From an uncultured Acidobacteriota bacterium (GTDB taxonomy: Bacteria > Acidobacteriota > Vicinamibacteria > Vicinamibacterales > CAVPJW01): a stretch of 64,000 nucleotides of DNA. Below the pieces are notes generated by a model. It worked only from the letters and a program-made list of their open reading frames with translations, ran no database searches and was not told the origin of the DNA. This document shows positions 30,684 through 41,861 of this stretch, piece by piece (the first letter of the stretch is position 1; the number at the start of each line of letters is the position of its first letter). The translations under genes and the position numbers were made by a program. The stretch spans positions 448,789 through 512,788 of the forward strand of contig CAVPJW010000004.1 in NCBI GenBank assembly GCA_963705525.1. Reading direction: 5' to 3'.

Positions 30684-32405
30684 CTACACGTCCGCGCCCG
30701 TCTCGGCGAGCGGCGTCGGCGCGGGCCGGCGGATCATCTTGTCCAGATCGGCGCCGGCCGGCACCATCGGATACACCGAGTCCTCCTGCTCGACCTGAAA
30801 GTCGAGCACGACCGTGCCGGCATGTTCACGGGCGCGGAGGACGGCGGGCGCGACTTCGGCGCGCCGGGTGACGGCGGCGGCCGTCAGCCCGTAAGCCTCG
30901 GCCAGCTTGACGAAGTCAGGATTGACGAGCGGCGTCGCGGCGTACCGCTTCTCGTAGAAGAACTCCTGCCACTGCCGCACCATGCCGAGATAGCCGTTGT
31001 TGATGATGGCAATCTTGATGTCGATGTGTTCCTGGGCGATCGTCGCCAGCTCCGCCTGCGTCATCTGGAATCCGCCGTCGCCCGCGACGACCCACACCTC
31101 GGCTTCCGGCCGCGCGAATTTGGCGCCAATTGCCGCGGGGAGCGCGAATCCCATGGTGCCCAAACCGCCAGACGTGATCAACGAACGAGGCTCGTTGTGC
31201 TTGTAGTACTGGGCCTCCCACATCTGATGCTGACCCACGTCTGTCACCACGATGGCCGACCCCCCGGTCATGTGCCAGAGATCGTTGATCACGTGTGCCG
31301 CGTACAGGTGGCCGTTGTCCGGAAGGTTCTGAATGTCGCGAACGGCGGCATCCCCCTTCAGCTCGTCGAGGTATCCCAGCCAGTCGGATCGATCGCCGGC
31401 GGCGACGCGTGGGAGGATCGTTTCGAGGATTTCACGCAGGTCTCCGACGAGCCCGGCGTCCACCTTGACGTTCTTGCCGATCTCGGCGCCGTCGATATCG
31501 ATATGGAGCTTGCGCGCATTGAGTGCGTAGGTCTTGAGGTTCCCCGTGACGCGATCGTCGAACCGCATCCCGAAAGCCAGGAGGAGATCCGCCTCCTGAA
31601 TCGCCGTATTCACCCAGGCCTCGCCGTGCATGCCCATCATGCCGAGATTGAGCGGATGCGACGCCGGAATACCGCCGATGCCGAGCAGCGTCATCGCAAT
31701 GGGGATGTGCGTCTTTTCCGCGAACGCGCGAAGCACGTGCGACGCGCCCGACAGCATGACGCCGTGGCCGGCGAGGATGAGCGGACGCCTCGCCTGATGA
31801 ATCAGATCGAGCGCGGCGTCGAGCTCCGCCGGGCGCGGACGATGATCGGGTCGATAACCCGCCATGCGCGGCGCGGCGCTCTCCCAGTGAAACTCCGCCG
31901 ATGACTGCTGCGCGTCCTTGGTGATGTCGATGAGCACGGGACCCGGCCGGCCCGAGCTCGCCACGTAGAAGGCTTCCCGCACGGCCGGGGCCACATCCTC
32001 CGCACGCGTCACCAGATAGTTGTGCTTCGTGATGGGCAGCGTGATGCCGGTGATGTCGGTTTCCTGAAACGCGTCGGAGCCGATCAACTTGCTGCCGACC
32101 TGACCGGTGATGCACACAATCGGCGAGGAATCCATCATCGCCGTCGCGATGCCGGTTACCATGTTGGTCGCACCGGGCCCGGACGTGGCGATGGCGACAC
32201 CGACGCGTCCGCTCGCGCGCGCGTACCCGTCGGCCATGTGCGTCGCGCCCTGCTCGTGCCGCACGAGGACGTGATGAATCGGAAACTCGAGCATCGCGTC
32301 ATACGCGGGCAGAATGGCGCCGCCGGGATAGCCAAAAACGGTCGAGACCCCTTCCCGCACGAGCGATTCCCACAGGATCTGCGCGCCGGTTCTCTTCGCC
32401 ATCAT
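30684..32405 (-). CDS. ilvB: Acetolactate synthase large subunit
   Basis: ThDP enzyme blocks GYPGGAILP, GPGATN and GLGTMGFALPAAIGA...GDGGFQM. Start MMAKRTGAQ at 32405, because the longer ORF-track start translates the intergenic repeat. Confidence 0.95.
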   Translation of the reverse strand: MMAKRTGAQILWESLVREGVSTVFGYPGGAILPAYDAMLEFPIHHVLVRHEQGATHMADGYARASGRVGVAIATSGPGATNMVTGIATAMMDSSPIVCITGQVGSKLIGSDAFQETDITGITLPITKHNYLVTRAEDVAPAVREAFYVASSGRPGPVLIDITKDAQQSSAEFHWESAAPRMAGYRPDHRPRPAELDAALDLIHQARRPLILAGHGVMLSGASHVLRAFAEKTHIPIAMTLLGIGGIPASHPLNLGMMGMHGEAWVNTAIQEADLLLAFGMRFDDRVTGNLKTYALNARKLHIDIDGAEIGKNVKVDAGLVGDLREILETILPRVAAGDRSDWLGYLDELKGDAAVRDIQNLPDNGHLYAAHVINDLWHMTGGSAIVVTDVGQHQMWEAQYYKHNEPRSLITSGGLGTMGFALPAAIGAKFARPEAEVWVVAGDGGFQMTQAELATIAQEHIDIKIAIINNGYLGMVRQWQEFFYEKRYAATPLVNPDFVKLAEAYGLTAAAVTRRAEVAPAVLRAREHAGTVVLDFQVEQEDSVYPMVPAGADLDKMIRRPAPTPLAETGADV

Positions 32406-32419
32406 CAACCCCACACTCA

Positions 32420-32498
32420 GGTTCGAGGGTTCAAGGTTCGACGGTTCTACGGTTCCCAAAAGAACCCTGGAACTCTGGAACCATGGAACCCTTGAACA
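32420..32498. repeat. Periodic hairpin: five GGTTC octads, AAAA, five GAACC octads
   Basis: GGTTCGAG GGTTCAA GGTTCGAC GGTTCTAC GGTTCCC AAAA GAACCCTG GAACTCTG GAACCATG GAACCCTT GAAC. Lies between the ilvD stop and the ilvB start. Confidence 0.88.
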
Positions 32499-32501
32499 AT
32501 C

Positions 32502-34174
<1,673 letters not shown>

Positions 34175-34178
<4 letters not shown>

Positions 34179-35086
34179 GACAGCCGTCGTCCTTCCCCGT
34201 CGGTCGCATCGCTGGGCGGAGGTGCGCCTCCGGTTTCGGCCTTGGGTTCCACGACACCCTCGCGCTCCCTCCAGCTGGGATAGGAACCGAGCGTTCTGAG
34301 CGAGCGCGCAAATTCGGCGAGATGGACCAGGGCGCGCGCGCAGGTCAGATCTTCCCGGGCCGCCGAGACATCCACGTAGAAGTTGTACTCCCACGGGCGC
34401 CCGCGAATGGGCCGCGATTCGAGCTTCGTCAGGTCGATCCCTCTCAGCGCGAAAACGCTCAATGCCTTGAAGAGCGCGCCGGGCTCGTTCTTGCCAAGCT
34501 GAAAGACCACCGTCGTCTTGTCGGGATCGCCGAGAGGCACGGCCTTGCGCGCCACGATCAGGAATCGCGTGATGTTGTCGTCGTAGTCCTGGATGCCGGA
34601 CTTGAGGATCGACAGATCGAAGACCTCAGCGGCCCGTTCTGACGCGATGGCCGCCGCATCCTGCAAGTCCCCGTCGCGAATCATTTTCGCGCTGCCCGCC
34701 GTGTCGTACGTCGCGACCACTTCTCGATCGGGAAGCGTTCGGAGAAACTGTTCACACTGCGCAAGCGCCTGGGGGTGCGAGTAGATGCGGCGGATTCCCT
34801 CAATCCGCGATCCCGGATGCGCCAGCAGATGGTGGACGATGCGGTGCTCGACTTCGGCCACGATGGGCAGCTCGTGCTCGACCAGCAGGTCGTAGTTGTG
34901 ATGAATGCTGCCGCCGATGGAGTTCTCAATCGGGAGAATGCCGTGGGTGGCCTTGCCGCCCGCGACCGTCGCAAACACTTCCTCGAAGGTCTCGCAGGCC
35001 TTGAGGTCCACTCCCGGCTTGAACCTGAGCGCCGCCGCCTCGCTGTAGGCGCCTGGCTCACCTTGATACGCGATTCGCACGAACAC
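34175..35086 (-). CDS. pheA: Prephenate dehydratase with C-terminal ACT domain
   Basis: IAYQGEPGAYSE, TRFLIV and ESRP motifs. GTG start at 35086. Confidence 0.9.
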
Positions 35087-35184
35087 ACCCCATGCGACCC
35101 TGGCTGGGTCGGCAACACACCCCTCGCGGCTCGGGCCCTCGAAAGCGGGCTGGTGTGGTTATAGCCCGCGGGATGGACCCGATG

Positions 35185-35229
35185 CAAATTTATATTTCTT
35201 AGTATTCAATAATATTATTTTATATATAG
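35185..35229. other. About 45-bp AT-rich island (roughly 90% A+T by eye) in a GC-rich background, 100-140 bp upstream of pheA
   Basis: CAAATTTATATTTCTTAGTATTCAATAATATTATTTTATATATAGG, overlapping the last codons and TAA stop of lpdA. Candidate promoter/UP element or nucleoid-protein site. Confidence 0.6.
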
Positions 35230-36669
35230 GACTCAGGGGGCGCGCCCGGACGGGTCGCGGTGCGCCGCGGCCGGTAGACATGCGTGCTCTGACCAAAGAA
35301 GACCTCTGCGGCCTCCATCAGGGTCTCAGACAGCGTGGGATGGGGATGAATCGAGAGGCGGAGGTCATCGGCCGTGGCCCCCATCTCGACGGCGAGGACG
35401 CCTTCGGCGATCAGCTCCCCGGCGCCGGCCCCCACCAGGCCCACCCCCAACACGCGGCCGGTTTCCGGCTCGAGCACCAGCTTCGTGGTGCCATCCGTTC
35501 GATCGAGAGTCATGGCGCGGCCGGAGGCGCCCCACGGGAATTTGGCGATCTCGACCGCGCGCTTCTCCGCCGCGGCCTGAGCCTCGGTCAATCCGCACCA
35601 GGCGATCTCCGGATCGGTGAACACGACGGCGGGAATCGCGAGCGGTGCGAACACCGACTTGTGGCCCGCGATGGCTTCGACCGCCACGCGTCCTTCGTGC
35701 GACGCCTTGTGCGCGAGCATGGGTTCGCCGGCGACGTCGCCGATCGCGAAGATGGATGGTTCCGCGGTCCGACGCTGGCCATCAACCGTGATGAATCCCC
35801 GTTCGTCGCGTTCGACGCGCGTGCGCTCGAGGCCGGGGATTTGCGAGTTAGGCTTGCGGCCCACCGCGACGAGCACGCGATCGAACAGATCTTCGGACAC
35901 GGTGCCCGAGGATTCGAACGCGACGCGAATGCCCGCAGCCTCGTCCGTCATCCGCGTCACGCGCGTGCTCAGCATGACGCGCTTCGCCACCTTCTCCATG
36001 CGCCGGGCAAGGATGGCGACGAGGTCGCGGTCCACGCCGGGAAGGAGGCTGGGCATCATTTCAACAACAGACACCTCGGTCCCAAGCGCCGCATACACGG
36101 TCCCCAGTTCGAGGCCGATGTAGCCTCCGCCCACGACGAGCAGCGTGCGCGGGATGTCGGCCACGTCGAGGGCCGAGGTCGAATCCATGACGCGACGGCT
36201 GTCGGGCACGCCCGGGATCATCGAGGGTCGCGAGCCGGTGGCTAGAATCAGATGGTCGAAGGAAGCGGTCTCTTCGCCGGACGCGCCGCGCGTCCGAAGT
36301 GTGTGGGCATCGACGATCTCGGCGAGGCCCTGGACGAAGCGGACCTTCCGCTGCCGCGTCAGTTGGCCCAGCCCGCCGGTCAGCTTCTGCACCACTTCGT
36401 CTTTCCATGCGCGCAGTCGCGCCGCGTCGATCGACGGCGGTCCGAAACTGACCCCCCAGGCCGAGGCGTGACGCGCCTCGTTCAGCAAGCCTGCCGACAT
36501 GGAGGAGCGCCTTGGACGGGATGCACCCGCGATACAGGCACACGCCTCCAGGATTGATCTCGGGATCGACGAGCGTCACGCTGAGGCCGAGATCTGCGGC
36601 CAGAAACGCCGCCGCATAACCTCCCGGCCCGGCGCCGACGATCGCAACAGCGGTGGATGGGGTCGCCAT
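35220..36669 (-). pseudogene. lpdA: Dihydrolipoyl dehydrogenase (E3), frame broken once near 36497-36502
   Basis: The 5' ORF gives [22 protein letters not shown]...[18 protein letters not shown] (FAD site and redox disulfide). The 3' ORF continues (S)[10 protein letters not shown]... to the end. Removing one base from CATGTCGGCAGG restores LLHVAGLLNEA. Confidence 0.85.
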
Positions 36670-36753
36670 GAAGGGTCAGGCTCCGAGCGCACACATCTCA
36701 GGCTCAGGACAGAACGACCTTCGCGAGGCTGAGATCGCGATACGACCCGGCGG

Positions 36754-38112
36754 CTACGAGAGCCGGGTCAGAAAGAACGGCTGTTCCAGCGCGTCGACGA
36801 TCCACCGCACGAAGCGGATGGCATCGGCGCCGTCTATCACGCGGTGATCGTACGAGAGCGAGAGCGGCAGCACGAGTCGCGCCTGGAACTGACCGTTCAG
36901 AAACACCGGCTGCACGCTCGCGCGCGACAGGCCGAGGATGGCCACCTCCGGCGCATTGACGATCGGCGAGAAGAGCGTGCCCCCGATGCCGCCAAGGTTA
37001 CTGATGGTGAACGATCCGCCTTCCATGTCCTGAAGCGCGAGCTTCCGCGAGCGCGCCTTCTCGGCCGCCTGCGTCAGCTCGACGGCAATCTCGATCAGGT
37101 TCTTCCTGTTGACATCGCGAATGACGGGCACCAGCAGGCCGCGATCCGTGTCGACGGCCACGCCGATATGCGTGTACTTCTTGAGAACGATCTCCTCGCT
37201 CGCCATGTCCACCGACGAGTTGAACTGTGGAAACACGGCGAGCGCTTCGGCCACGACCTTGACCGCAATCGCCGTCACCGTCATGCTGCCGCCGGCCTCT
37301 TCCGCCCTCCTGGCAAGCCGCTTCCGAAGCTCCTCGAGATTCGTGATGTCGGCACGCTCGTGCTGCGTCACGTGCGGAATCGTCGCCCAGGCCTCACTCA
37401 GATGCTGCGCAGTCTTCCGCCTGATCCCGCTCATCGGCCTGCGCTCGATCTCGCCCCACTTCGTAAAATCGGGCAGCGGGACCGGCATCGCGGGAATCAC
37501 GGACACCGCTCCAGTGCCGCTGGCGATGATCGTCTTCGCGTGCGCTTTGACGTCCTCGATCGTGATGCGCCCGCCTGCCCCGCTGCCGCTGACCAGTGCG
37601 ACATCCACGCCGAGCTCGCGCGCGAGGCGGCGGACCGATGGGGCCGCCGGAGCAGACGACGCGGGTCGCGCCGGTCGTTCAGAGACCGGTCGAGGGACGC
37701 TCGTAATGTCAACGACTTCGCCACGTCTCGAACGCGAGGCTGATTCGGCGACGGGAGGATCGACGTCCGGCGAGGCCACCGGCGAGACAGCGACGGGACC
37801 CGCGGCCGTCTTCTGTGGCACAGGAGCGGCCACGCTCGTCTCGCGCGCGGCCGAGGGCGTCGCGCCAGCGCCGGCCGATCCATCGACCACCAGGATGACC
37901 TGTCCGACGGCGACCTTGTCGCCGGCCTTCACACGCAGATCGGTCACACGTCCCTCGGCAGAGGAAGGCACTTCGAGGGTCGCCTTGTCGGTCTCGAGCT
38001 CCAGGATCGGTTGATCGCGCGTGACGGCGTCGCCCGCCGCCACGAGGACGCGCAGCACGTCCCCGCCCGTGATGTTCTCGCCGAGTTCCGGCAGCCTGAC
38101 CTCGACGCTCAT
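36754..38112 (-). CDS. aceF: Dihydrolipoamide acetyltransferase (PDH E2)
   Basis: Lipoyl domain ELETDKATLEVPS, Ala/Pro linker, PSBD, and catalytic domain ending SLSYDHRVIDGA. Confidence 0.93.
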   Translation of the reverse strand: MSVEVRLPELGENITGGDVLRVLVAAGDAVTRDQPILELETDKATLEVPSSAEGRVTDLRVKAGDKVAVGQVILVVDGSAGAGATPSAARETSVAAPVPQKTAAGPVAVSPVASPDVDPPVAESASRSRRGEVVDITSVPRPVSERPARPASSAPAAPSVRRLARELGVDVALVSGSGAGGRITIEDVKAHAKTIIASGTGAVSVIPAMPVPLPDFTKWGEIERRPMSGIRRKTAQHLSEAWATIPHVTQHERADITNLEELRKRLARRAEEAGGSMTVTAIAVKVVAEALAVFPQFNSSVDMASEEIVLKKYTHIGVAVDTDRGLLVPVIRDVNRKNLIEIAVELTQAAEKARSRKLALQDMEGGSFTISNLGGIGGTLFSPIVNAPEVAILGLSRASVQPVFLNGQFQARLVLPLSLSYDHRVIDGADAIRFVRWIVDALEQPFFLTRLS

Positions 38113-40796
38113 GACGTGGCCGGGTTGGACTTCTCGGAATTGATACCGAGATCCTTGATCGCGCGCTCGACGACAGCTGCCGCCACCTGGCGGTCCCCCA
38201 GCAGTTCCGACAGCGTCGCAAGGACGACAAACCGCGCATCGACCTCGAAGAAGTCACGGAGCGCGCTTCGCGTTTCGCTGCGGCCGAATCCATCCGTGCC
38301 AAGTGCACGCAGCCGGCGCGGCAACCATCGGTCGATCGAATCGGGAAGGGCCTTGACGTAATCGGATGCGGCGACGAACACGCCCGGGGCGTTGGCCAGG
38401 CACTGAGTGACATAAGGAACGCGAGGCGTAGCGCCGGGATGGAGCATGTTCCACCGCTCGGCCGCGTGGCCATCGCGATAGAGCTCGCCGTAGCTGGTGA
38501 CGCTCCAGACATCGGCCGCGACGCCGTATGTCTCGAGCATCTGCTGCGCCTTGATCACTTCGGGAAGGATCGCCCCGCTGCCGAAGAGTTGCGCGCGAAG
38601 CGGCAGATCTCGCGGCGACTGGGAGAGCCGGTACATCCCCTTGAGGATGCCCTCACGGCAGCCTTCGGGCATCACCGGCATCTCGTACTGCTCGTTCATC
38701 ACCGTGAGGTAGTAGAAGATGCTTTCCTGCTCGCGATACATGCGGCGGATGCCGTCCTCGATGATGACCGCTATCTCATACGCGAAGGCGGGATCGTACG
38801 AGAGCACGTTCGGCACGGTGTACGCCAGCAGATGGCTGTTGCCGTCCTGGTGCTGCAGGCCTTCTCCAGCCAGCGTCGTGCGGCCCGAGGTTCCACCGAG
38901 CAGAAACCCGCGTGTCCGACAGTCGGCGGCGGCCCAGATGAGGTCGCCGATCCGCTGGAAGCCGAACATCGAGTAGAAGATGAAGAAGGGAATCATGTTG
39001 ATGCCGTGCGTCGCGTACGCCGTGCCGGCGGCGATGAACGACCCCATCGACCCGGCTTCCGTGATGCCCTCCTCGAGAATCTGGCCGTCGGTGGCCTCCT
39101 TGTAATAGAGCAGCGTCGCATGATCGACGGGCTCGTACAGCTGCCCGACGTGCGAGTAGATGCCCACCTGACGGAACAGCGCCTCCATACCGAAGGTCCG
39201 CGCCTCGTCTGGAACGATCGGGACGATGAGATTGCCGATGTCCTTGTCGCGAAGCAGCTTCGACAGCATGCGCACGAACACCATCGTGGTCGAGGCCGTG
39301 CGCCCTTCTGTGCCCTTGTGGAACTCGTCGAACACCCCCTCGAGCGGTGCGGTCAGCGGCTCGCACTTGACAGTCCGCTTCGGCGTGTAGCCGTTCAGCG
39401 AGCGCCGCCGCTCGCGCAAGTATTCGATCTCGGAGCTGTCGTCGGGCGGGCGATAGAACGGCGCCTGTGCAATCTCCGCGTCCGATACGGGGATGCCGAA
39501 GCGCGTGCGAAAGGCCTTCAGCTCTTCCTCGTTGAGCTTCTTCTGCTGGTGCGTGATGTTCTTGCCTTCCCCGCTCTCGCCGAGGCCGTATCCCTTGATG
39601 GTTCGCGCGAGGACGACGGTCGGCGATCCTCGATGCTCGACCGCCGCCTTGAACGCGTTATAGACCTTGATTGGATCGTGGCCGCCGAGGCTCATCTTCT
39701 TGAGCTGTTCGTCCGACAGATGGCGGACCATCTCGAGAAGACGCGGATCGGCCCCCCAGAAGTGCTCGCGGACGTACGAGCCCGACTCCACGGCATAGCG
39801 TTGATACTGCCCGTCAACGATCTCACCCATCCGCTTCACGAGCAGGCCGTCGTGGTCTTTGGCGAGCAACGGATCCCATTCACGTCCCCACAGCACCTTG
39901 ATGACGTTCCAGCCGGAGCCGCGGAAGATCGCCTCGAGCTCCTGGATGATCTGGCCGTTGCCGCGGACGGGCCCGTCGAGCCGCTGCAGGTTGCAGTTGA
40001 TGACGAAGATCAGGTTGTCGAGCTTTTCGCGCGCGGGCAGCGTGATGGCGCCAAGGGCCTCGGGTTCGTCCGTCTCGCCGTCGCCCAGGAACGCCCAGAC
40101 CTTCGAGTCCGTCGGACGCTTGAGGCCGCGATCCTCGAGATAGCGGTTGAACCGCGCCTGATAGATCGCCATCAGGGGGTTGAGTCCCATCGACACCGTC
40201 GGGAATTCCCAGAAGTCGGGCATCAGCCAGGGATGCGGGTAGGAGGACAGGCCGCCATTGCCCTTCAGTTCCCGCCGGAAATGCTCCAGCTGTTCGACCG
40301 ACAGACGTCCCTCGAGAAACGCGCGACCGTAGATGCCAGGCGAGGCATGCCCCTGAAAGTAAATGACGTCGCCATCGTGGTTGTCCCCCCGGCCCCGGAA
40401 GAAGTGATTGAAGCCCACCTCGTAGAGAGTGGCTGCAGAGGCGTAGGTCGAAATGTGCCCGCCGATGCCCTCCTCGGACCGATTGGCCTTCACGACCATG
40501 GCAAGAGCGTTCCAGCGGACGAGGCTCTTGATGCGACGCTCAACCTCGGAGCTCCCTGGCATGGGCGACTGGTCTTCGGCACGAATCGAATTGATGTAGG
40601 GGGTGTTGGCGGTAAACGGCAGGCTCACTCCGTTCATACGGGCGTGAATGCTCAGTTCCTGCAGGAGCCGGCCCACGCGGGCGGGTCCGCCGCTCTGGAG
40701 TACATAGTCGAGCGAATCGAGCCACTCGCGAGTCTCGACGGCGTCGAGATCCGCAGCGTCCTTGGGTGCCATGTTTCGCATCGGAATCTCTTTCAA
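38109..40796 (-). CDS. aceE: Pyruvate dehydrogenase E1 component (homodimeric AceE type)
   Basis: About 890 aa. ETREWLDSL, GGHISTYAS and GDGETDEPE blocks. ATGA overlap with E2. Confidence 0.95.
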   Translation of the reverse strand: MKEIPMRNMAPKDAADLDAVETREWLDSLDYVLQSGGPARVGRLLQELSIHARMNGVSLPFTANTPYINSIRAEDQSPMPGSSEVERRIKSLVRWNALAMVVKANRSEEGIGGHISTYASAATLYEVGFNHFFRGRGDNHDGDVIYFQGHASPGIYGRAFLEGRLSVEQLEHFRRELKGNGGLSSYPHPWLMPDFWEFPTVSMGLNPLMAIYQARFNRYLEDRGLKRPTDSKVWAFLGDGETDEPEALGAITLPAREKLDNLIFVINCNLQRLDGPVRGNGQIIQELEAIFRGSGWNVIKVLWGREWDPLLAKDHDGLLVKRMGEIVDGQYQRYAVESGSYVREHFWGADPRLLEMVRHLSDEQLKKMSLGGHDPIKVYNAFKAAVEHRGSPTVVLARTIKGYGLGESGEGKNITHQQKKLNEEELKAFRTRFGIPVSDAEIAQAPFYRPPDDSSEIEYLRERRRSLNGYTPKRTVKCEPLTAPLEGVFDEFHKGTEGRTASTTMVFVRMLSKLLRDKDIGNLIVPIVPDEARTFGMEALFRQVGIYSHVGQLYEPVDHATLLYYKEATDGQILEEGITEAGSMGSFIAAGTAYATHGINMIPFFIFYSMFGFQRIGDLIWAAADCRTRGFLLGGTSGRTTLAGEGLQHQDGNSHLLAYTVPNVLSYDPAFAYEIAVIIEDGIRRMYREQESIFYYLTVMNEQYEMPVMPEGCREGILKGMYRLSQSPRDLPLRAQLFGSGAILPEVIKAQQMLETYGVAADVWSVTSYGELYRDGHAAERWNMLHPGATPRVPYVTQCLANAPGVFVAASDYVKALPDSIDRWLPRRLRALGTDGFGRSETRSALRDFFEVDARFVVLATLSELLGDRQVAAAVVERAIKDLGINSEKSNPATS

Positions 40797-40889
40797 GGCA
40801 GCGACAGGACCGACCCTGGTCTGCCGTCCGGCATTTCGGCTAAGTCAGCCGTCGTCTGTAGCGACCGACGGGTGGAGCAACCTTTTATT

Positions 40890-41861
40890 TTAGCCCTTCC
40901 CGCCTCCCCGCAACACCCAGCCAAGCTTGGCGGCATCGATGTTGCCCCCGCTCATGACGCAGACGACGGTCTTGCCCGCGAGTTGCGACCGCATCTTCCA
41001 GGCCGCCATGAGCGCCGCCGCGCCGGCCCCTTCGGCGAGGTTGTGCGTCAGGCGCAGCGCGAGTCGCACGCCTTCGGCGAGCTCATCCTCGGTGAGCACG
41101 ACGATGTCGTCGAGGCCTTTCTTCAGGATGCCGAACGGCAGGTCGAAGGTGACGCGGGTGGCCATGCCTTCCGCAAACGTGTCGGCCCGGTCGCCGACCA
41201 CTCGGTCGGGCCCATGCCACGATCTGGCGAAGGCGTCGGCGCCGGCCGCCTGCACGCCGATGACGCGCGCCGAGGTCTTCAAGCCGCTCCGGACCGTCAC
41301 AAGGCCGCAGGCGCCGCTGCCTCCGCCGATCGGCACGAAGATCACGTCGACCTCGGGCAGCTCTTCAAAGATTTCGAGGGCATAGGTGCCTACGCCGGCA
41401 ATGAGGAGCGGCTCGTTCGCTGAATGGATGTAGCGCAAGCCACGCTCGGCGACGAGCGCCTCGACGTGCTCGCGCGCCTCGTCGAAGTCGCGTCCGTGTT
41501 CGAGAACGGTCGCCCCGTAGCCGCGCATGTTGGCATTCTTCTCAGGATTGTTCCCGAGGGGGACCGCAATCGTGCAGGGAACCTGTCGTCGCTGGCACGC
41601 GAACGCCACTGACTGTCCATGATTGCCAGTACTCGCACTGATGACGCCGCGTCGCCGATCCTCCTCCCCGAGCGTGCCCACCAGGTTGACGCCTCCGCGG
41701 ACCTTGAACGCGCCCGTTGGATTGTGGTTCTCGTGCTTGACGAATACGCGGCAGCCGAACTCACCGGCCAGAAGCGGATGAGGAATGAGCGGCGACGCGC
41801 GAAGGGCCTGATACACGCGCGGTCTGGCGGCATACACGTCGAGCAATGTCGGAGGGTTCAT
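40890..41861 (-). CDS. PLP-dependent threonine/serine dehydratase (no ACT domain)
   Basis: FVKHENHNPTGAFKVRG (PLP lysine) and SGGNID blocks. Start MNPPTLLD at 41861 overlaps the upstream stop (ATGA). Confidence 0.85.
   Translation of the reverse strand: MNPPTLLDVYAARPRVYQALRASPLIPHPLLAGEFGCRVFVKHENHNPTGAFKVRGGVNLVGTLGEEDRRRGVISASTGNHGQSVAFACQRRQVPCTIAVPLGNNPEKNANMRGYGATVLEHGRDFDEAREHVEALVAERGLRYIHSANEPLLIAGVGTYALEIFEELPEVDVIFVPIGGGSGACGLVTVRSGLKTSARVIGVQAAGADAFARSWHGPDRVVGDRADTFAEGMATRVTFDLPFGILKKGLDDIVVLTEDELAEGVRLALRLTHNLAEGAGAAALMAAWKMRSQLAGKTVVCVMSGGNIDAAKLGWVLRGGGKG

Noticed and set aside
32406-32459. N-terminal peptide MGTVEPSNLEPSNLSVGL on the longest ilvB ORF, which looks like a tandem peptide repeat
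   Set aside because: It is simply the translation of the GGTTC octad repeat in the ilvD-ilvB spacer. The conserved ALS N-terminus starts at MMAKRTGAQ (32405). The same artefact occurs at 8354..8383 for the thioesterase gene.
35185-35229. AT-rich island as an insertion scar or attachment site
   Set aside because: There are no flanking direct repeats, no adjacent tRNA or integrase, and the genes on both sides are contiguous housekeeping operons. A promoter or regulatory role is more parsimonious.
38439-41423. 994-aa plus-strand ORF spanning aceE and the threonine dehydratase gene
   Set aside because: It is antisense to two well-supported genes and crosses their intergenic spacer. The translation is Arg/Leu/Asp-rich with no motifs. 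The same reasoning applies to other long shadow ORFs (852..2630+, 9490..11052+, 21826..22917+, 23654..25075+, 27267..28340-, 30132..31904+, 33093..34283+, 42815..43606-, 44445..45632-, 58862..60142+).
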